Assembly (NCBI RefSeq): GCF_006345805.1
Contig: NC_043023.1
Coordinates: 11,098,001 to 11,162,000, forward strand
Reading direction: 5' to 3'
Length of the DNA: 64,000 nucleotides
Source: Octopus sinensis
Lineage: Eukaryota
In this document: piece after piece, positions 21,478-33,841 of the stretch
Numbering within the stretch: position 1 is the first letter of the stretch
How the letters are laid out: every line of letters starts with the position of its first letter
Notes under the pieces: model-generated
What the model was told of the DNA's origin: nothing
What the model saw: only the letters and a program-made list of their open reading frames with translations
Database searches by the model: none
Translations under genes and position numbers: made by a program

Positions 21478-22264
21478 TTTTACTTGTTTCAGTCATTTGA
21501 CTGTAGTCATGCTGGAGCACCACCTTTAGTCGAGAAAATCGACCCTGGGACTTATTCTTTGTAAGCCTAGTATTTAATCTATCGTTTCTCTTTTGCCGAA
21601 CCACCAAGTTACGGGGACGTAAACACACCAGCATTGGTTGTCAAGCAATGTTGGGGGGACAAACACATACATACATACATATATGTATATATATATATAT
21701 ATATATAATTAATTAATAAGGGTGAGAGAATTAGATACTAATTTAATAGTATATCTATTCAACACCAAGTGGCCTAGTGCTCCGAGAAACCTTAGGCCAC
21801 TTGGTGTTGAATAGATATACTATTAAATTAGTATCTAATTCTCTCACCCTTATTAATTAATTATAATTATGCTGCATTTATTTCTAAATGCTGTATTTGT
21901 TTTCCGTGAAAGTTTGGCGCGCTGTTGGTTGGGGCATTTGAATTATAACGTCGGATGTAATCAATTGAACCACACGCGTATTTATCGTTATGGTAAAATC
22001 TGGCGTGTGATTGAGTGGATTTCATCCAGATAGTTTTGGCTGACGAGCTACAAGTGGATTTTTTTGTAAGTAAAATTACATTTAATTCATTAATAGCGAT
22101 ACAATTGTCCCAAAATAATCTGTATTTTTGTTATTTTTTATTTGCCCTGTCCGTGTGAGCTAACAATCGTACTGAATTTCATGGGAAGCATGTATTTTTG
22201 TGGTTGAAACCTTTTGGATTAACTGGTGCTAGAGTGAGCCATATAGTGACCACTCTCTTATATT

Positions 22265-22316
<52 letters not shown>

Positions 22317-22752
22317 TAAATTAGAGATAAAACCACTATTAGGCAAATCAAACAGTGAAAAACATTAACCAAAACATAGAAATAAAATTAATTCATATAA
22401 AATACAAAATATATAAAGTATAAAATTCAGAATTTAAATTATTTAAATTTAAAGTTAAAAATTTAAAATTATTAATTAATATTTATAAATTTATATATAT
22501 ATATATATATTTATTTTATTTATTAAATATATAACTATCAAAAAGTATAAAAAGTTTAATATAAGATAAAAAGTATATATATATACATATATACGACGGG
22601 CTTCTTTCAGTTTACGTGTACCAAATCCACTCACAAGGCTTTGGTCAGCCCGAGGCTATAGTAGAAGACACTTGCCCAAGGTGCCACACAGTGGGACTGA
22701 ACCCGGAACCATGTAGTTGGTAAGCAAGCTACTTACCACACTGCCACTCCTA
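21478..22752 (-). mobile_element. SINE-1 split by about 900 bp of insertions in its microsatellite
   Basis: 3' half 21478-21680, 5' half 22593-22752. Confidence 0.8.
21704..21865. repeat. Perfect 73-bp-arm inverted repeat, 16-nt spacer
   Basis: 21704-21776 vs 21793-21865. Confidence 0.92.
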
Positions 22753-23017
22753 CATGGCTGTAGAAAATTTCATCAAAACATACTCATTTTTCTGGAAGTT
22801 ATGAAGAAACAAAGTGAGGTGGGGGCCACATGTGGAGGTATTCTAAAATAAGTACCAGTTGAGCACTAGGTTTGATTTAATCGACTTTCCCCCTTTCCAG
22901 AAATTAATTTCAGCCCTGTGGATCAGTAAAATTACCTTTCTTAATGGCATATTAAACGCACTTCAATTTCAGCAGTATTCTGGACAAAGAGTTTTTAGCA
23001 CATGTAATACAGGCCCA

Positions 23018-23820
23018 GGTTTCACATTGAGAGTTGCTGAAGCATGGAACAAACTGCCGGCATCAGTTGTTAGTTGTCGGAGCACTGCATCCATCAAAAC
23101 TTCCTGAGATTCGCCAACACTACACCTGTTCTTCTCCCCTCCATACACAAAAGCATACACTGTTTACTTCCCAGACATTTGTACATTACTGCATATGCTT
23201 TATACACACTTTCCGACAAGTTGTGGTGCACCTGAGCACTGTATACAATACACTCCATCAGGCATTTGCCATATTCTGAACGCCTTACTTCTCTGGGCAT
23301 GGACACATTGAAACTCCGATCTCTGGCAGCTAACTTGGCAGACACCCATAAAATTATTAACCATCTTAAAAACAATAACTTTGAGCACCTTTTCAAACTC
23401 CATCTGTCTAACACCCGTGGACATGTTTACAAAGTCAGAAAACAGCACAGCTCCCATGACTTTCGGAAACATTTTTTCATGCTAAGAGTTGCTGAAGCAT
23501 GGAACAAACTGCCAGCATCAGTTGTTAGTTGTCAGAGCACTGCATCCTTCAAAACTTCCTGAGATTCGTTAACACTACACCTGATCTTTCTCCCCTCCAT
23601 ACACACACATGCATGTATCTGACTCATACACTGTTCGCTTTCCAGACATTTGTACATTACTGCATATGCTTTATATGCACTTTTGACAAGTTGTGGTGCA
23701 CCTGAGCACTGTATACAATAATTTCTTTATTATTATTATTTAAAAACTCCACCCGTCTAACACCCGTGGACATATTTACAAAGTCAGAAAACAGCACAGC
23801 TCCCATGACTTTCGGAAACT
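23018..23820 (+). mobile_element. Tandem 3' fragments of a CR1-type LINE
   Basis: YSERLTSLGMDTLKLR..NTRGH..K..RKHFF.LRVAEAWNKLP; 3' UTR present twice; (ATT)n tail at about 23725-23740. Confidence 0.85.
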
Positions 23821-23822
23821 TT

Positions 23823-23898
23823 GGAGGCACATGGCTTAGTGGTTAGAGCAGCGGACTTGCGGTCGAGGGATCGTGAGTTCGAATCTCAGACCGGGCAA
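23823..23898 (+). mobile_element. SINE-3 tRNA-like head only
   Basis: GGAGGCACATGGCTTAGTGGTTAGAGC..GAGTTCGAATCTC; continues into the SINE body GACCGGGC. Confidence 0.7.
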
Positions 23899-23990
23899 TG
23901 TATATATATATTATAATAATATTAGGGAGTAAATCCAAACTTACAGGGAAAAATTAGATTTAGGATTAAATCTAATTTTACAGTATAAAT

Positions 23991-24122
23991 ATAAATTAAA
24001 TTAGAGATAAAACCACTATTAGGCAAATCAATTATATTTTATATTAATTAATTTTATTTCTATGTTTTGGTTTATGTTTTTCACTGTTTGATTTGCCTAA
24101 TAGTGATTTTATCTCTTATTTA

Positions 24123-24128
<6 letters not shown>
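23991..24128. repeat. Inverted repeat (41-bp arms) of an element also present at 22315-22400
   Basis: TTAGAGATAAAACCACTATTAGGCAAATCAA and its reverse complement, two mismatches. Confidence 0.85.
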
Positions 24129-24164
<36 letters not shown>

Positions 24165-24234
24165 GAGACCGCATGTGTACCGTTTGCGATTTTTTTCCTC
24201 TGTCTTCCCTTCTCTGGATCTTTCCTTCTTCTAT

Positions 24235-24269
24235 GTTTCCGACGAAGAGCTCCGCTTGAAACGTTAAAC
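24235..24269 (+). ncRNA. Hammerhead-like motif (U4C core variant) in solitary PLE-type terminus
   Basis: GUUU-CCGACGA-A-GAGC(UCC)GCUU-GAA-ACGU-U-AAAC; same architecture as 7226-7263, and a similar TTTCCTGAGC motif follows it. Confidence 0.6.
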
Positions 24270-24454
24270 CCTCCTTCTTTCCTTCTTTCCTGAGCCTCCA
24301 ATAATACTATGTGTGTGTGTGTGTACATACACACAGACACACGTATGCACGTGCACACATCTTGGAAAGGAATGGATGTAGTCAGGGAATTCAATTGTTT
24401 GGTATGTATCTTTAGCAAAGTAACCATTTTAGAAGAAATATAATTAAATGTCCC

Positions 24455-24618
24455 CTATTGAATCTTTTATTATTTAGTATCTTCCATATCTTACATTCTT
24501 CTTTCTCTTTTATTTCAGAATATCAGATGAGATTGGCATTAAAGAATTTCTGTTACATCAAATAACATGATTAATATTGAAGCACCTATTAAAGACCAAA
24601 AGAAGTTCTACTGAACAG
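24455..24618 (+). other. Conserved upstream acceptor/exon of ZNF-B (exon 24519-24618)
   Basis: ATTTCAG|AATATCAGATG ... CAG|GTGTAA candidate donor at 24619. Confidence 0.6.
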
Positions 24619-24914
24619 GTGTAAACCTATTTATATAAATCTATGTTATGCATTACTGTGGAATATTTTCCCAGGACTGAAATTAATCGCAGAATTTCCC
24701 TTTCTATTTTTCTGGAGTGTGTGCAAAATGCATGCCCATCGCTAAGGGGGTGCACTTGATGGCACTGCCTTTTCACTATTCAATGGTTCACTCTCAGATT
24801 TGGAAAATACAGTTTACAAAAATTTTTAAAGTGACCCTCCAGAATATTCTGAAGCATCCCCAGGCACCGAGGTCTGGTGACAGGCTTGATGAAATGGTTC
24901 TACATGGTGTTTAA

Positions 24915-25127
24915 CCCTTTTGCATTTAAACCCCGGCCAAAAGTATTCTGCCTATTTTATGTTCAAACTGACCAGATCTGGCTTCTCAGTGCTACCCAAC
25001 AATGTCATTCTAAAAATTAACGGTTGCCCCTTCAAAATATCAAAGCCACAAGATAATGCATGATTAGTTCAAAACAATGTGGATAAAAAAGGATTAATTT
25101 TGGCAGAATAATGCGAACACTAAAGGA
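24915..25127. mobile_element. piggyBac-type MITE (family 2, diverged) upstream of ZNF-B ATG
   Basis: TTAA|CCCTTT...AAAGGA|TTAA, similar to 31345-31563. Confidence 0.7.
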
Positions 25128-25210
25128 TTAAATTTGGGTTATGGTGTGCTAATACTGCAAAAAAAAAAAAGAAAACATATATATTGTGGCCATAAGCAAA
25201 GAACTGGAAA

Positions 25211-26224
25211 ATGAATTGTGAGAACAAGGTTCAATACTCAGTGCAGTGTAAAAATATTGACACCCCTGATGATGTTAAGAAAGAGGAAGGAAAAATATTG
25301 TTATACCCTTGTGATATCTGTGGTAAACCATTCTCTCAAAAAATAAACTTGACTACACACAGACGTATTCATACGGGAGAGAAACTACACCATTGTGATA
25401 TCTGTGGTAAATCATTCTCTCAGAATATTCACTTAACTCGGCATAAATATGTTCACACTGGAGAGAAACCATATTATTGTGATATCTGTGGTAAATCTTT
25501 CTCTCAGAATGCTCACTTGACCAGTCATAAGCGTATTCATACAGGAGAGAAACCGTATCGCTGCGAAATCTGTGATAAGTCATTTTCTCAAATAAGTTGC
25601 TTAACTAGACACAAACTCATTCATACAGGGGAAAAACCATTTCAGTGTGACGTCTGCAGTAAATCATTCTCTCAAATAAATTATTTAACTCGACATAAAC
25701 ACATTCACACAGGAGAGAAGCCATATCACTGTGATATCTGTGGAAAATCATTCTCTCAAATAAACCACTTGAATACACATCAACGCATTCACACAGGTGA
25801 GAAACCATATTACTGCGATATCTGTGGTAAATCATTCTCTCAAAAAGATAGCATAAATATCCATAAACGTATTCATACAGGAGAGAAACCCTATCACTGT
25901 GATATCTGTGGCAAATCATTTTCACAAAGTAATGATTTAACTAAACACAAGCGTATTCATACAGGAGAAAAGCCATATCATTGTGATATCTGTGGTAAAC
26001 CATTCTCTCAGAAAGATAACCTGAGTACTCACAAACTTATTCATACAGGAGAGAAACCATATCATTGTGATATTTGTGGTAAATCCTTCTCCAAAAAGGT
26101 TGTTTTAGTTACTCATGAACGTATTCATACAGGGGAGAAACCATACCACTGTGATCTTTGTGGTAAATCGTTTTCTCAAAAAAGCAACTTATCCAGACAT
26201 GTGGATATTCACACGAAACAGTAA
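25211..26224 (+). CDS. C2H2 zinc-finger protein ZNF-B (11 fingers)
   Basis: 337-aa ATG-initiated ORF; 11 canonical fingers with TGEKP linkers after a short N-terminal leader. Confidence 0.93.
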   Translation: MNCENKVQYSVQCKNIDTPDDVKKEEGKILLYPCDICGKPFSQKINLTTHRRIHTGEKLHHCDICGKSFSQNIHLTRHKYVHTGEKPYYCDICGKSFSQNAHLTSHKRIHTGEKPYRCEICDKSFSQISCLTRHKLIHTGEKPFQCDVCSKSFSQINYLTRHKHIHTGEKPYHCDICGKSFSQINHLNTHQRIHTGEKPYYCDICGKSFSQKDSINIHKRIHTGEKPYHCDICGKSFSQSNDLTKHKRIHTGEKPYHCDICGKPFSQKDNLSTHKLIHTGEKPYHCDICGKSFSKKVVLVTHERIHTGEKPYHCDLCGKSFSQKSNLSRHVDIHTKQ

Positions 26225-26229
26225 TTGTG

Positions 26230-26370
26230 AAGGCACATGGCTTAGTGGTTAGGGGTGTTCGGTTCATGATTGGAAGGTTATGAGTTCACATCCTGACACC
26301 ATGTTCTGTCCTTGAGCAAGACACTTATTTCATATTTACTCAGTCCACTCAGCTGGCAAAAATGAGTAGT
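26230..26370 (+). mobile_element. SINE-3-type head directly after the ZNF-B stop
   Basis: AGGCACATGGCTTAGTGGTTAGGG..CTTGAGCAAGACAC..CAGCTGGCAAAAATGAGTA. Confidence 0.7.
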
Positions 26371-26661
26371 ACCATAAATCCTCAAGTATAATCCGTATTT
26401 TACCCCCAAAATTTAAAGGTCAAAATCCTTAGTACATACTACATACGAGGTTAAAAATGAAAAATAAATGTCTGTCCTCAAATGTAATTAATTGTAATTA
26501 AACAGGCCTACCTGCAAAACTACTGCACACCTGTCTTTGCTTTCTCATAACTTAGAGTGAAATGAATATTTTTAAATGAAATTTTCAGGTGGTGTAGATT
26601 ACAATTATATCATGAATAAAATTTGGTGCGCACACATACATACTGATATACATCACATATA

Positions 26662-26693
<32 letters not shown>

Positions 26694-27159
26694 CCGTAAA
26701 TCTTCGAGTATAATCTGCTTTTTTTCCCCAAAATTTAAAGGTCAAAATCCCTAGTGCATACTATATACGAGGTTAAAAATGAAAAATATTTTCTAAGCAA
26801 TGTCCGAGTCTCTATTTACCAAATCCACTCACAAGGCTTTGGTGGGCCCGAGGCTATAGTAGAAGACACTTGCCCAAGGTGCCACGCAGTAGGACTGAAC
26901 CCAGAACCATGTAGTTCGTAAGCAAGCTACTTACCACACAGCCACTCCTATGTCCATTGATCAGATCGACTGGAACCCTTTTCATCATAACCAGTGGAAT
27001 ACCAGTTATAGTAACTATTGGGGTTGTACTAAGTACACTGCAACACATTTACTGTTTATTTTTTGTTGAATAAATTTGTTTTCTTTATTCTCATTGGTTT
27101 GACTTGTAATTTTATGAATATTGATACCTTTATGTGGGGCAATTTAGTTATTTTATTTC

Positions 27160-27490
27160 AAGGCGGCGAGCTGGCAGAAACGTTAGCACGCCGGGCGAAA
27201 TGCTCAGCAGTATTTCGTTTGCCGTTACGTTCTGAGTTCAAATTCCGCCGAGGTCGACTTTGCCTTTCATCCTTTTGGGGTCGATAAATTAAGTACCAGT
27301 TACACACTGGGGTCGATGTAATCGACTTAATCCGTTTGTTTAGCCCCTGTGGATAGTAAAGAAATAGGTATTTCGCGTGTCTTTAAGTTCTGAGTTCAAA
27401 TTCCACCGAGGTCGACTTTGCCTTTCATCCTTTCAGGGTCGATAAATTGAGTACCTGTTGCATACTGGGGTCGATCTAATCGACTAGCCC
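27160..27490 (+). mobile_element. SINE-2 dimer
   Basis: Head at 27160; second unit after GAAATAGGTATTTCG. Confidence 0.8.
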
Positions 27491-27681
27491 CCCTCCCCCA
27501 AAATTTCAAGCCTTGTACCTAGAGGAGAAAAGAGTTTAGTTATTTTATCAATGAACAGCATGGGGGAGGGAGACCCAGGAAGACATGGAATGGAATTTTG
27601 AAGGCTAATCTCAAAATGCTGAGCCTTACAAAGGAGATGATAGGGGTCCAAGATATGTGGTCCTTTGATGTATTTGCAAAG

Positions 27682-28300
27682 ATCATCATCATCATTTAAC
27701 GTCTGCTTTCCATGCTGGCATGGGTTGGACGATTTGACTGAGGACTGGCGAACCAAATGGCTGCACCAGGCTCCAGTCTGATCTGGCAGTGTTTCTACAG
27801 CTGGATACCCTTCCTAATGCCAACCACTCCGAGAGTGTAGTGGGTGCTTTTACGTACCACCAGCATGAGAGCCAGTCAGGTGATACTGGCAACGCCATGC
27901 TCAAATCGTGCTTTTTTTGTGCCACCTGCACAGGAGCCAGTCGAGCGGCACTGGCAACGACCTTGCTCGAATGTTTTTTCATGTGCCACCAGCACAAGTA
28001 CCAGTAAGGTGATGCAGGTAATGATCATGCTTGAATGGTGTTTTTTACGTGCCACTGGCACAGAGGCCAGCTTGTTGCTCTGGCCACGATCACACTCCTA
28101 TGGTACTCTTAGCACTCCACTAGCATGAATGCCAGTCATCAAATTTGATTTCACTTGCCTCAACAGGTCTTCGCAAGCAGAGTTTAGTGTCCAATGAAGG
28201 AAAATTACACAGAAGTGAGCTGGTTACACCCCTGACATAGGCCACAAGGTTATGGTCTCACTTGAGCTTGCCGAGTCTTCACAAGCACAGCATATTTCCA
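27682..28300 (-). mobile_element. RTE-related non-autonomous retroposon
   Basis: Same family as 16438-16939. Confidence 0.7.
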
Positions 28301-30400
28301 TTGATGACCTTTGGCCTCAACACCTCAAGGATGGTATCTCCTTATCAGCCAGCGATGCCGGACTTGAGCTCATGGAGAATTTGACTCAGTTTATGAACCA
28401 GTTCTCTTCTGCCCACTATTCTTTAATGCAAACTTATTCAGACTCAATAAATCCAATGGAGACCTGTGCCTCATTGCAGTCAGCTTCCCGCTTTGCTGTC
28501 TCACTACAAAGGTGTGCTTACAATTGGTCTCCAGCTTATTGGAGGAGGAATTTTCCCACCACTAGCTGGGAGTGGGCACCAAATTAGGATGTGAAGCTGC
28601 TGTTCACACTACCAGCGCCTATGCAAACTTTCCCTCCTTACTACCCAAGGTCATCCTCAAACTGACCTTAAGAATGCCTTCAACTCCATCAGCTGCGATG
28701 CTGTTCTCAGCTCAGTGAGAGAGGTCCCACAAGTCTACCACCTTGCATGGCAGGCTTATCAGGAGCCCTCCTATCTCTCTTTCGGTGACCAATTCATCAC
28801 CTCCACCTCCAAAAGTGTACCGCCAGACAGGGTTCTCACCATTGCAAACACGATGGTCTGGGAGCTTGGTCACAGGGGTCTCCAAGTAAACAGTTCTAAA
28901 TGTGAGCTCCAGATCTTCAACCACCCGGCTTCTCAACATCACGCAACAACCTTTTTGCAGAGTCCTTCCCTTCCATTACAATCCCTCCCCCATAAGCTTG
29001 GTACCCCCTTGGAGTACCAATCACTGACCTTGCCTTTGAGTCTATCTTCCAGTCATAAGTGGCTGCCCTTGTGTAATTGCTGAAAGATATTGAAGCTATT
29101 GAACCCCATCAAAGTTTTTTCATATCTAGAAATTATCCCTCGATCCCTAAGCTTCTATATTTACTCAGAGTCAGCTCATCTTACTGATTCCCATTGTGTT
29201 TCCAATGCTTCAACGACCTAATCTTTGAGAGACTCAAATGTTTAGTCAATGTCAGACTCTCTCCAACGTCATGCGATCAGGCTGCATTGTCCAAGCGATT
29301 TGGAAGTCTTGGTCTTTGTAAGTGTTCGTCCCTCTCTCTCCCCTGCTTCCTTTCCGCCACCCATACCTGCTACACCCTGGTGAGCAACATCCTCTCCTCT
29401 CAAATATGGACCAGTTCCAACAGTAAGTTGGAAGAATCTCTCCAACACTAGGGGGAAATCAGGCTTGTCTGCTCCTGGGAAGATGGAGGATTGTCGTAAT
29501 CAGAGAGCTTGGGACAACATAATTTTGAAGGCCACCTTCGACTCCTTCTTCATCCAATTGGACCAGTTTTCAAGGTGCCGCTTACTGTCTCTTCGCGTGA
29601 AATACTCAGGCAACTGGATTGATGCCCTCCCTGTGGCTAATGTTGGTGGTCTACTCAGCTTGGATGAACTTCATGTCTCATTTGCCCCCAGGGTGGGAGC
29701 TGACGTATGCACAGGTTTGATCTGTTGTGGCAGGATCCTTGACTCTACAGGTCTCCATGGTCTTTCTTGCTGCCTAAATTCTAGTTGCTTCATGCGTCAT
29801 ACAGAGTTGAACCTGATACTTAAGAGGAGTTTGGCCAGGGCAAACATCCCCTCCATCTTGGAACCATTTGGATTGTCCAGATGTAATGGGAAGAGACCTG
29901 ACTTCCTCACCCTCTGCTCCTGGTCGCAAGGCAGATGCCTTCTCTGGGATGTCACAGTTAGCGACTCCTTAGCTTCTTCTCACATCCTGGATGCTGCAGA
30001 CAAGGCGAGATCCACAGCTTCTGCAGTCGAGTGGAAGAAAATCCTGAAATACCATGCTCTGTCGGTCAACTTTATTTTCCATCCTTTGACATTCGAGACG
30101 TTTGGTGGCGAGATTCCTGTCTTCACCGGCAACTCACCTTACAGAGGTAACTGGTGGGGCTCATGAGGGTGCTTTGTTGTTCCAGCGCATCAGCCTCGCC
30201 ATCACCCGTGGCAACGCGCTGGCCTGCCTGAATTGCCCTTAGAAAGGTTTCCCAACACCGCCACCCCAAGTTTTCAACAAAAGGTGGCGAATTGTTTTGC
30301 TTTGTTTTTTTTCTTTCTCTCTTTTCTTTTTAATTTTTTCAGTTGTGTTCTGTTTTGTCCAATTTTCTAATTCAATTTTATAAAACGATAAACACTGTGA
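28300..30400 (+). mobile_element. Degenerate CRE-clade non-LTR retrotransposon (RT + CCHC + restriction-like endonuclease)
   Basis: L.PQHLKD and KNAFNSI RT motifs; CCGRILDSTGLHGLSC zinc knuckle; GKRPD..LLWDVTV RLE; FQRISLAITRGNA C-terminus; many stops and frameshifts. Confidence 0.8.
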
Positions 30401-30425
30401 CGGCTTTAAACTTTTATCTGTAAAA

Positions 30426-30598
30426 TAAGCGCAGGAGTGGCTGTGTGGTAAGTAGCTTGCTTACCAACCACATGGTTCCGGGTTCAGTCCCACTGCGTGG
30501 CACCTTGGGCAAGTGTCTTCTACTATAGCCTTGGGCCAACCAATGCCTTGTGAGTGGATTTGGTAGACGGAAACTGAAAGAAGCCCGTCGTATATATG

Positions 30599-30631
<33 letters not shown>

Positions 30632-30810
30632 TTGTCCCCCTAGCATTGCTTGACAACCGATGCTGGTGTGTTTACGTCGCCATCACTTAGCAGTTTGGCA
30701 AAAGAGACCGATAGAATAAGTACTGTGCTTACAAAGAATAAGTCCTCATGTCGATTTGCTCGACTAAAGGCGGTGCTCCAGCATGGCCACAGTCAAATGG
30801 TTGAAACAAT
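30426..30810 (+). mobile_element. SINE-1 full copy
   Basis: Family consensus. Confidence 0.85.
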
Positions 30811-30886
30811 TAAAGGAATATATATTCATTCCGTTTTCCTGCAATTGTCCTTTTAACTTCATAAACCGTATTCTCTTATTTTATAT

Positions 30887-31279
30887 TCTCTCTATATATA
30901 AAGCTGAAGTTGTCTGTGTGTGGCAGGTTTGGTAGCCTTCAACTAACACTATTTCCTCTGAGACCCTGCGGCGCAAGTTGACCAAAATTGAGAGTATGAT
31001 AGAAGAAGGCTTGCTCTTCATTCCGTAGAAGAACAAATTCAAATCGGACCATGTTAAAATTTAAAATTATTTACATCAAAAAGGTGCTTTTTTTCTATGA
31101 AAATCCTTATTTTTTACGATTTTTTGACTGCTGTGTCACCATTTTTCGGTGTATTTCAACCAGAAAAATGTTCACTTAAAGAGAATAACAAGCTACAGAA
31201 TGCAAAATTTTTTATTTTTCAAAAATTCCAATTCTAGAGGGTTGAAACAAACCCGAGCAACACAGGGCGATACTGCTAG
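30887..31279 (+). mobile_element. Non-autonomous Helitron (family 2)
   Basis: TCTCTCTATATATAAAGCTG start; CCCGAGCAACACAGGG hairpin; CTAG|T end. Confidence 0.8.
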
Positions 31280-31344
31280 TTATCTATAAGTAGAACCCTA
31301 GGAAATTCTACAAAATGCAAAAAACAAAATGTAAGCATCTTTAA

Positions 31345-31563
31345 CCCTTTAGTATTTAAACCGGCCATATCCGGCCAAAATAGCTAATCTGTTTTATGTT
31401 CAAACTGACCAGATCCAGGCCCTCACACCTACCCCGCAATGTTATTCTACATTAAGTAATTACACCATTAAGCTCTTGAAGATATGAGATAATGCATGAT
31501 TAATTCAAATCAATGGGAATCAATAGGCATTATGTTTGATAGAATAATCTGAACACTAAAGGG
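31345..31563. mobile_element. piggyBac-type MITE (family 2)
   Basis: TTAA TSD, CCC/GGG termini; reverse complement of 3113-3331. Confidence 0.8.
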
Positions 31564-31693
31564 TTAAAAGTAACTTCCAATTACAGAGTAATAAAGTAAA
31601 ATTAATATCCAATATTGGCTGAGGACCCAGTATATAGAATTTGGTAATTAATTATATTGTAGGAAAGTAAAAGTAACATCCAAAATTTACTAT

Positions 31694-31990
31694 GGGGCCG
31701 ATGCCAGCACCGCCTCGACTGGCTTCCGTGCCGGTGGCACATAAAATACACCAATCTGACCGTGGCCGTTGCCAGCCCCGCCTGGCACCTGTGCAGGTGG
31801 CACGTAAAAAGCACCCACTACACTCACGGAGTGGTTGGCGTTAGGAAGGGCATCCAGCTGTAGAAACATTGCCAAATTAGACTGGAGCCTGGTGCAGCCT
31901 TCTGGCTTCCCAGAACCCCGGTCGAACCGTCCAACCCATGCTAGCATGGAGAACGGACGTTAAACGACGATGATGATGATGATGATGATG
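31694..31990 (+). mobile_element. RTE-related non-autonomous retroposon (3' part)
   Basis: GTTGGCGTTAGGAAGGGCATCCAGC motif and (GAT)n tail. Confidence 0.7.
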
Positions 31991-32460
31991 TATCTGTCTA
32001 TGCTGAAAATACTGATAAACATTTAAAAACAAAATGAATGCCACCTTCCTTTCAGTCATCTCTCATTTCCCCCGTCCCTCCTTCTCTCTCGCTTCTGCAC
32101 AACACTTTTTATTTCTCTTCTTTCTACCTCTCCTTTCAACTGTACAAAAGTAACAGTAACATCCACAGCTATTTGCTGAGAGAGACAGACAGACAGACAG
32201 GGAGAGAGGGTGTGTTAGAGAGAGAGAGAGAGAGAGAGGCAGGCAGGCAGACCGGTAGATAGATACATGGTAGATACAAGTTATTTCTATATTAAGTCAA
32301 CAAGCTCCTTTTGAGTGTTGGGCCTAGTGGAGGCAATAACCAAGATCTTTGGCATTATGACATGCTTCAGAAGTCAACTCATCAAGCCAAGTAAAATCGC
32401 AGTCGTGGCAGATACTTATTTATTTACTACCCACAAGGGGCTAAACACAGAGCGGACAAA

Positions 32461-32527
32461 CTTTTCAAAAATTCCAATTCTAAAGGGTCGAAACAAACCC
32501 GAGCAACGCCGGGTGATATACTGCTAG
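32461..32527 (+). mobile_element. Helitron family 2, 3' end only
   Basis: CAAACCCGAGCAACGCCGGG..CTGCTAG|T. Confidence 0.65.
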
Positions 32528-33013
32528 TAATTAATAAACCAACTCTCTTTTAACGTGAGGTAAATAAACTTTCTAAATTTAGAGTTACTCCCTCCTGACA
32601 ACCGCCAAACTTTCCCACAAATCTTCCTTCCCATTGTTTGATCCACGTGTATATTACTGGGTTACACCTACGATATTTAGCTGAGCTGTAATTAAACATA
32701 CATGACTGATAACCAACTGTATAAAGAAATTAGCTACAAGGTTCTTTATTACGTTGATCTCAAAATGAATGGCAACATTTGTGGTGAAATCTTGTAGAGA
32801 GCTGTCAATGTCTACCTTGGCTAAAGTTCTGGTTTCTTGATCATATCGTGACACATCTTTGTTCGATCTACATTCATGCGTTTGTAAGTAATATCTATAT
32901 AAATATCTGTATTGTATACGTGTTATTTTGTGTAGATCTCTTTGTTTTGATGCGTTCAGTAAAGACAATGCAAAACAGCGGAAGAAAACGAAGTAGAAAT
33001 TGGTACTACTTGA

Positions 33014-33582
33014 TAACAGTGGTCCCGGTGCGCGCACTCACGTAGTCGCGCATCCGCGCTAGCTAGTCGTAAGTAGTCGATCCTACAACGACTACCTAGA
33101 ATAGTAAATAAAACACAAAGTAAACCCTAACCCTAAACCTAATTTTTTAACCTTAACCCTAGTTTTGTTTATAAAAATCATTTATTTACTTAGTTTAAAA
33201 TATTATTTACTTTGCGTTTTATTTACTTTGTTCGAAAAATATTATTTAATTTTCTTTGAAATGAATTCAGCCTTGAAATACAAACATACACGCAAGTCGT
33301 TGTAGGATCGACTACTTAAGGCGGCGAGCTGGCAGAAACGTTAGCGCGCCGGGCGAAATGCTTATCGATATTCCGTCTAACGCTACGTTCTGAGTTCAAA
33401 TTCCGCCGAGGTCGACTTTACCTTTCATCCTTTCGGGGTCGATAAATTAAGTACTAGTTACGCACTGGGGTCCGTTTGTCTGTCCTTGTTTGTCCCTTCT
33501 ATGTTTAGCCCCTTGTGGGCAATAAAGAAATAAGGATCGACTACTTAGGACTATGCGCGAGTGCACTTTTCGCTAGTAGTAC
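33014..33582. mobile_element. TACTACTAGCGAACAGTGG-TIR MITE family, copy with SINE-2 insertion
   Basis: CpG-rich TIRs, internal CCCTAA-like repeats. Confidence 0.65.
33319..33532 (+). mobile_element. SINE-2 monomer with 15-bp TSD
   Basis: AGGATCGACTACTTA at 33304-33318 and 33533-33547. Confidence 0.9.
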
Positions 33583-33841
33583 TTAGAAATTTAAGAAGAT
33601 AAGGGTGCTATTTTAGCTTTGCTACGAGTTCATGTTTATATCATATAACGAATTGAAGACCTTAGATTAACTGAGTTTATCTATTGTCGTCTAATATGTT
33701 TTTGTTTCGTTTTCCGTTTGTTGCTCCTTTCCGCTTTTTTTTAATTCTTTGCGTTTTATTGGTTTGAGATTCGATTACAAGGGACCTAATGCTCAACTGG
33801 TACTTATTTTTAGCATTCCTTCGTTACAAGCAGCAAACTTG

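Noticed and set aside
22035-22065. CTGACGAGCTAC.. possible hammerhead core
   Set aside because: No GAAA after the putative stem II and no stem I/III pairing.
23823-23898. tRNA-like sequences (also 45317, 56884, 62648)
   Set aside because: A and B boxes are present but there is no good cloverleaf, and they continue into SINE bodies.
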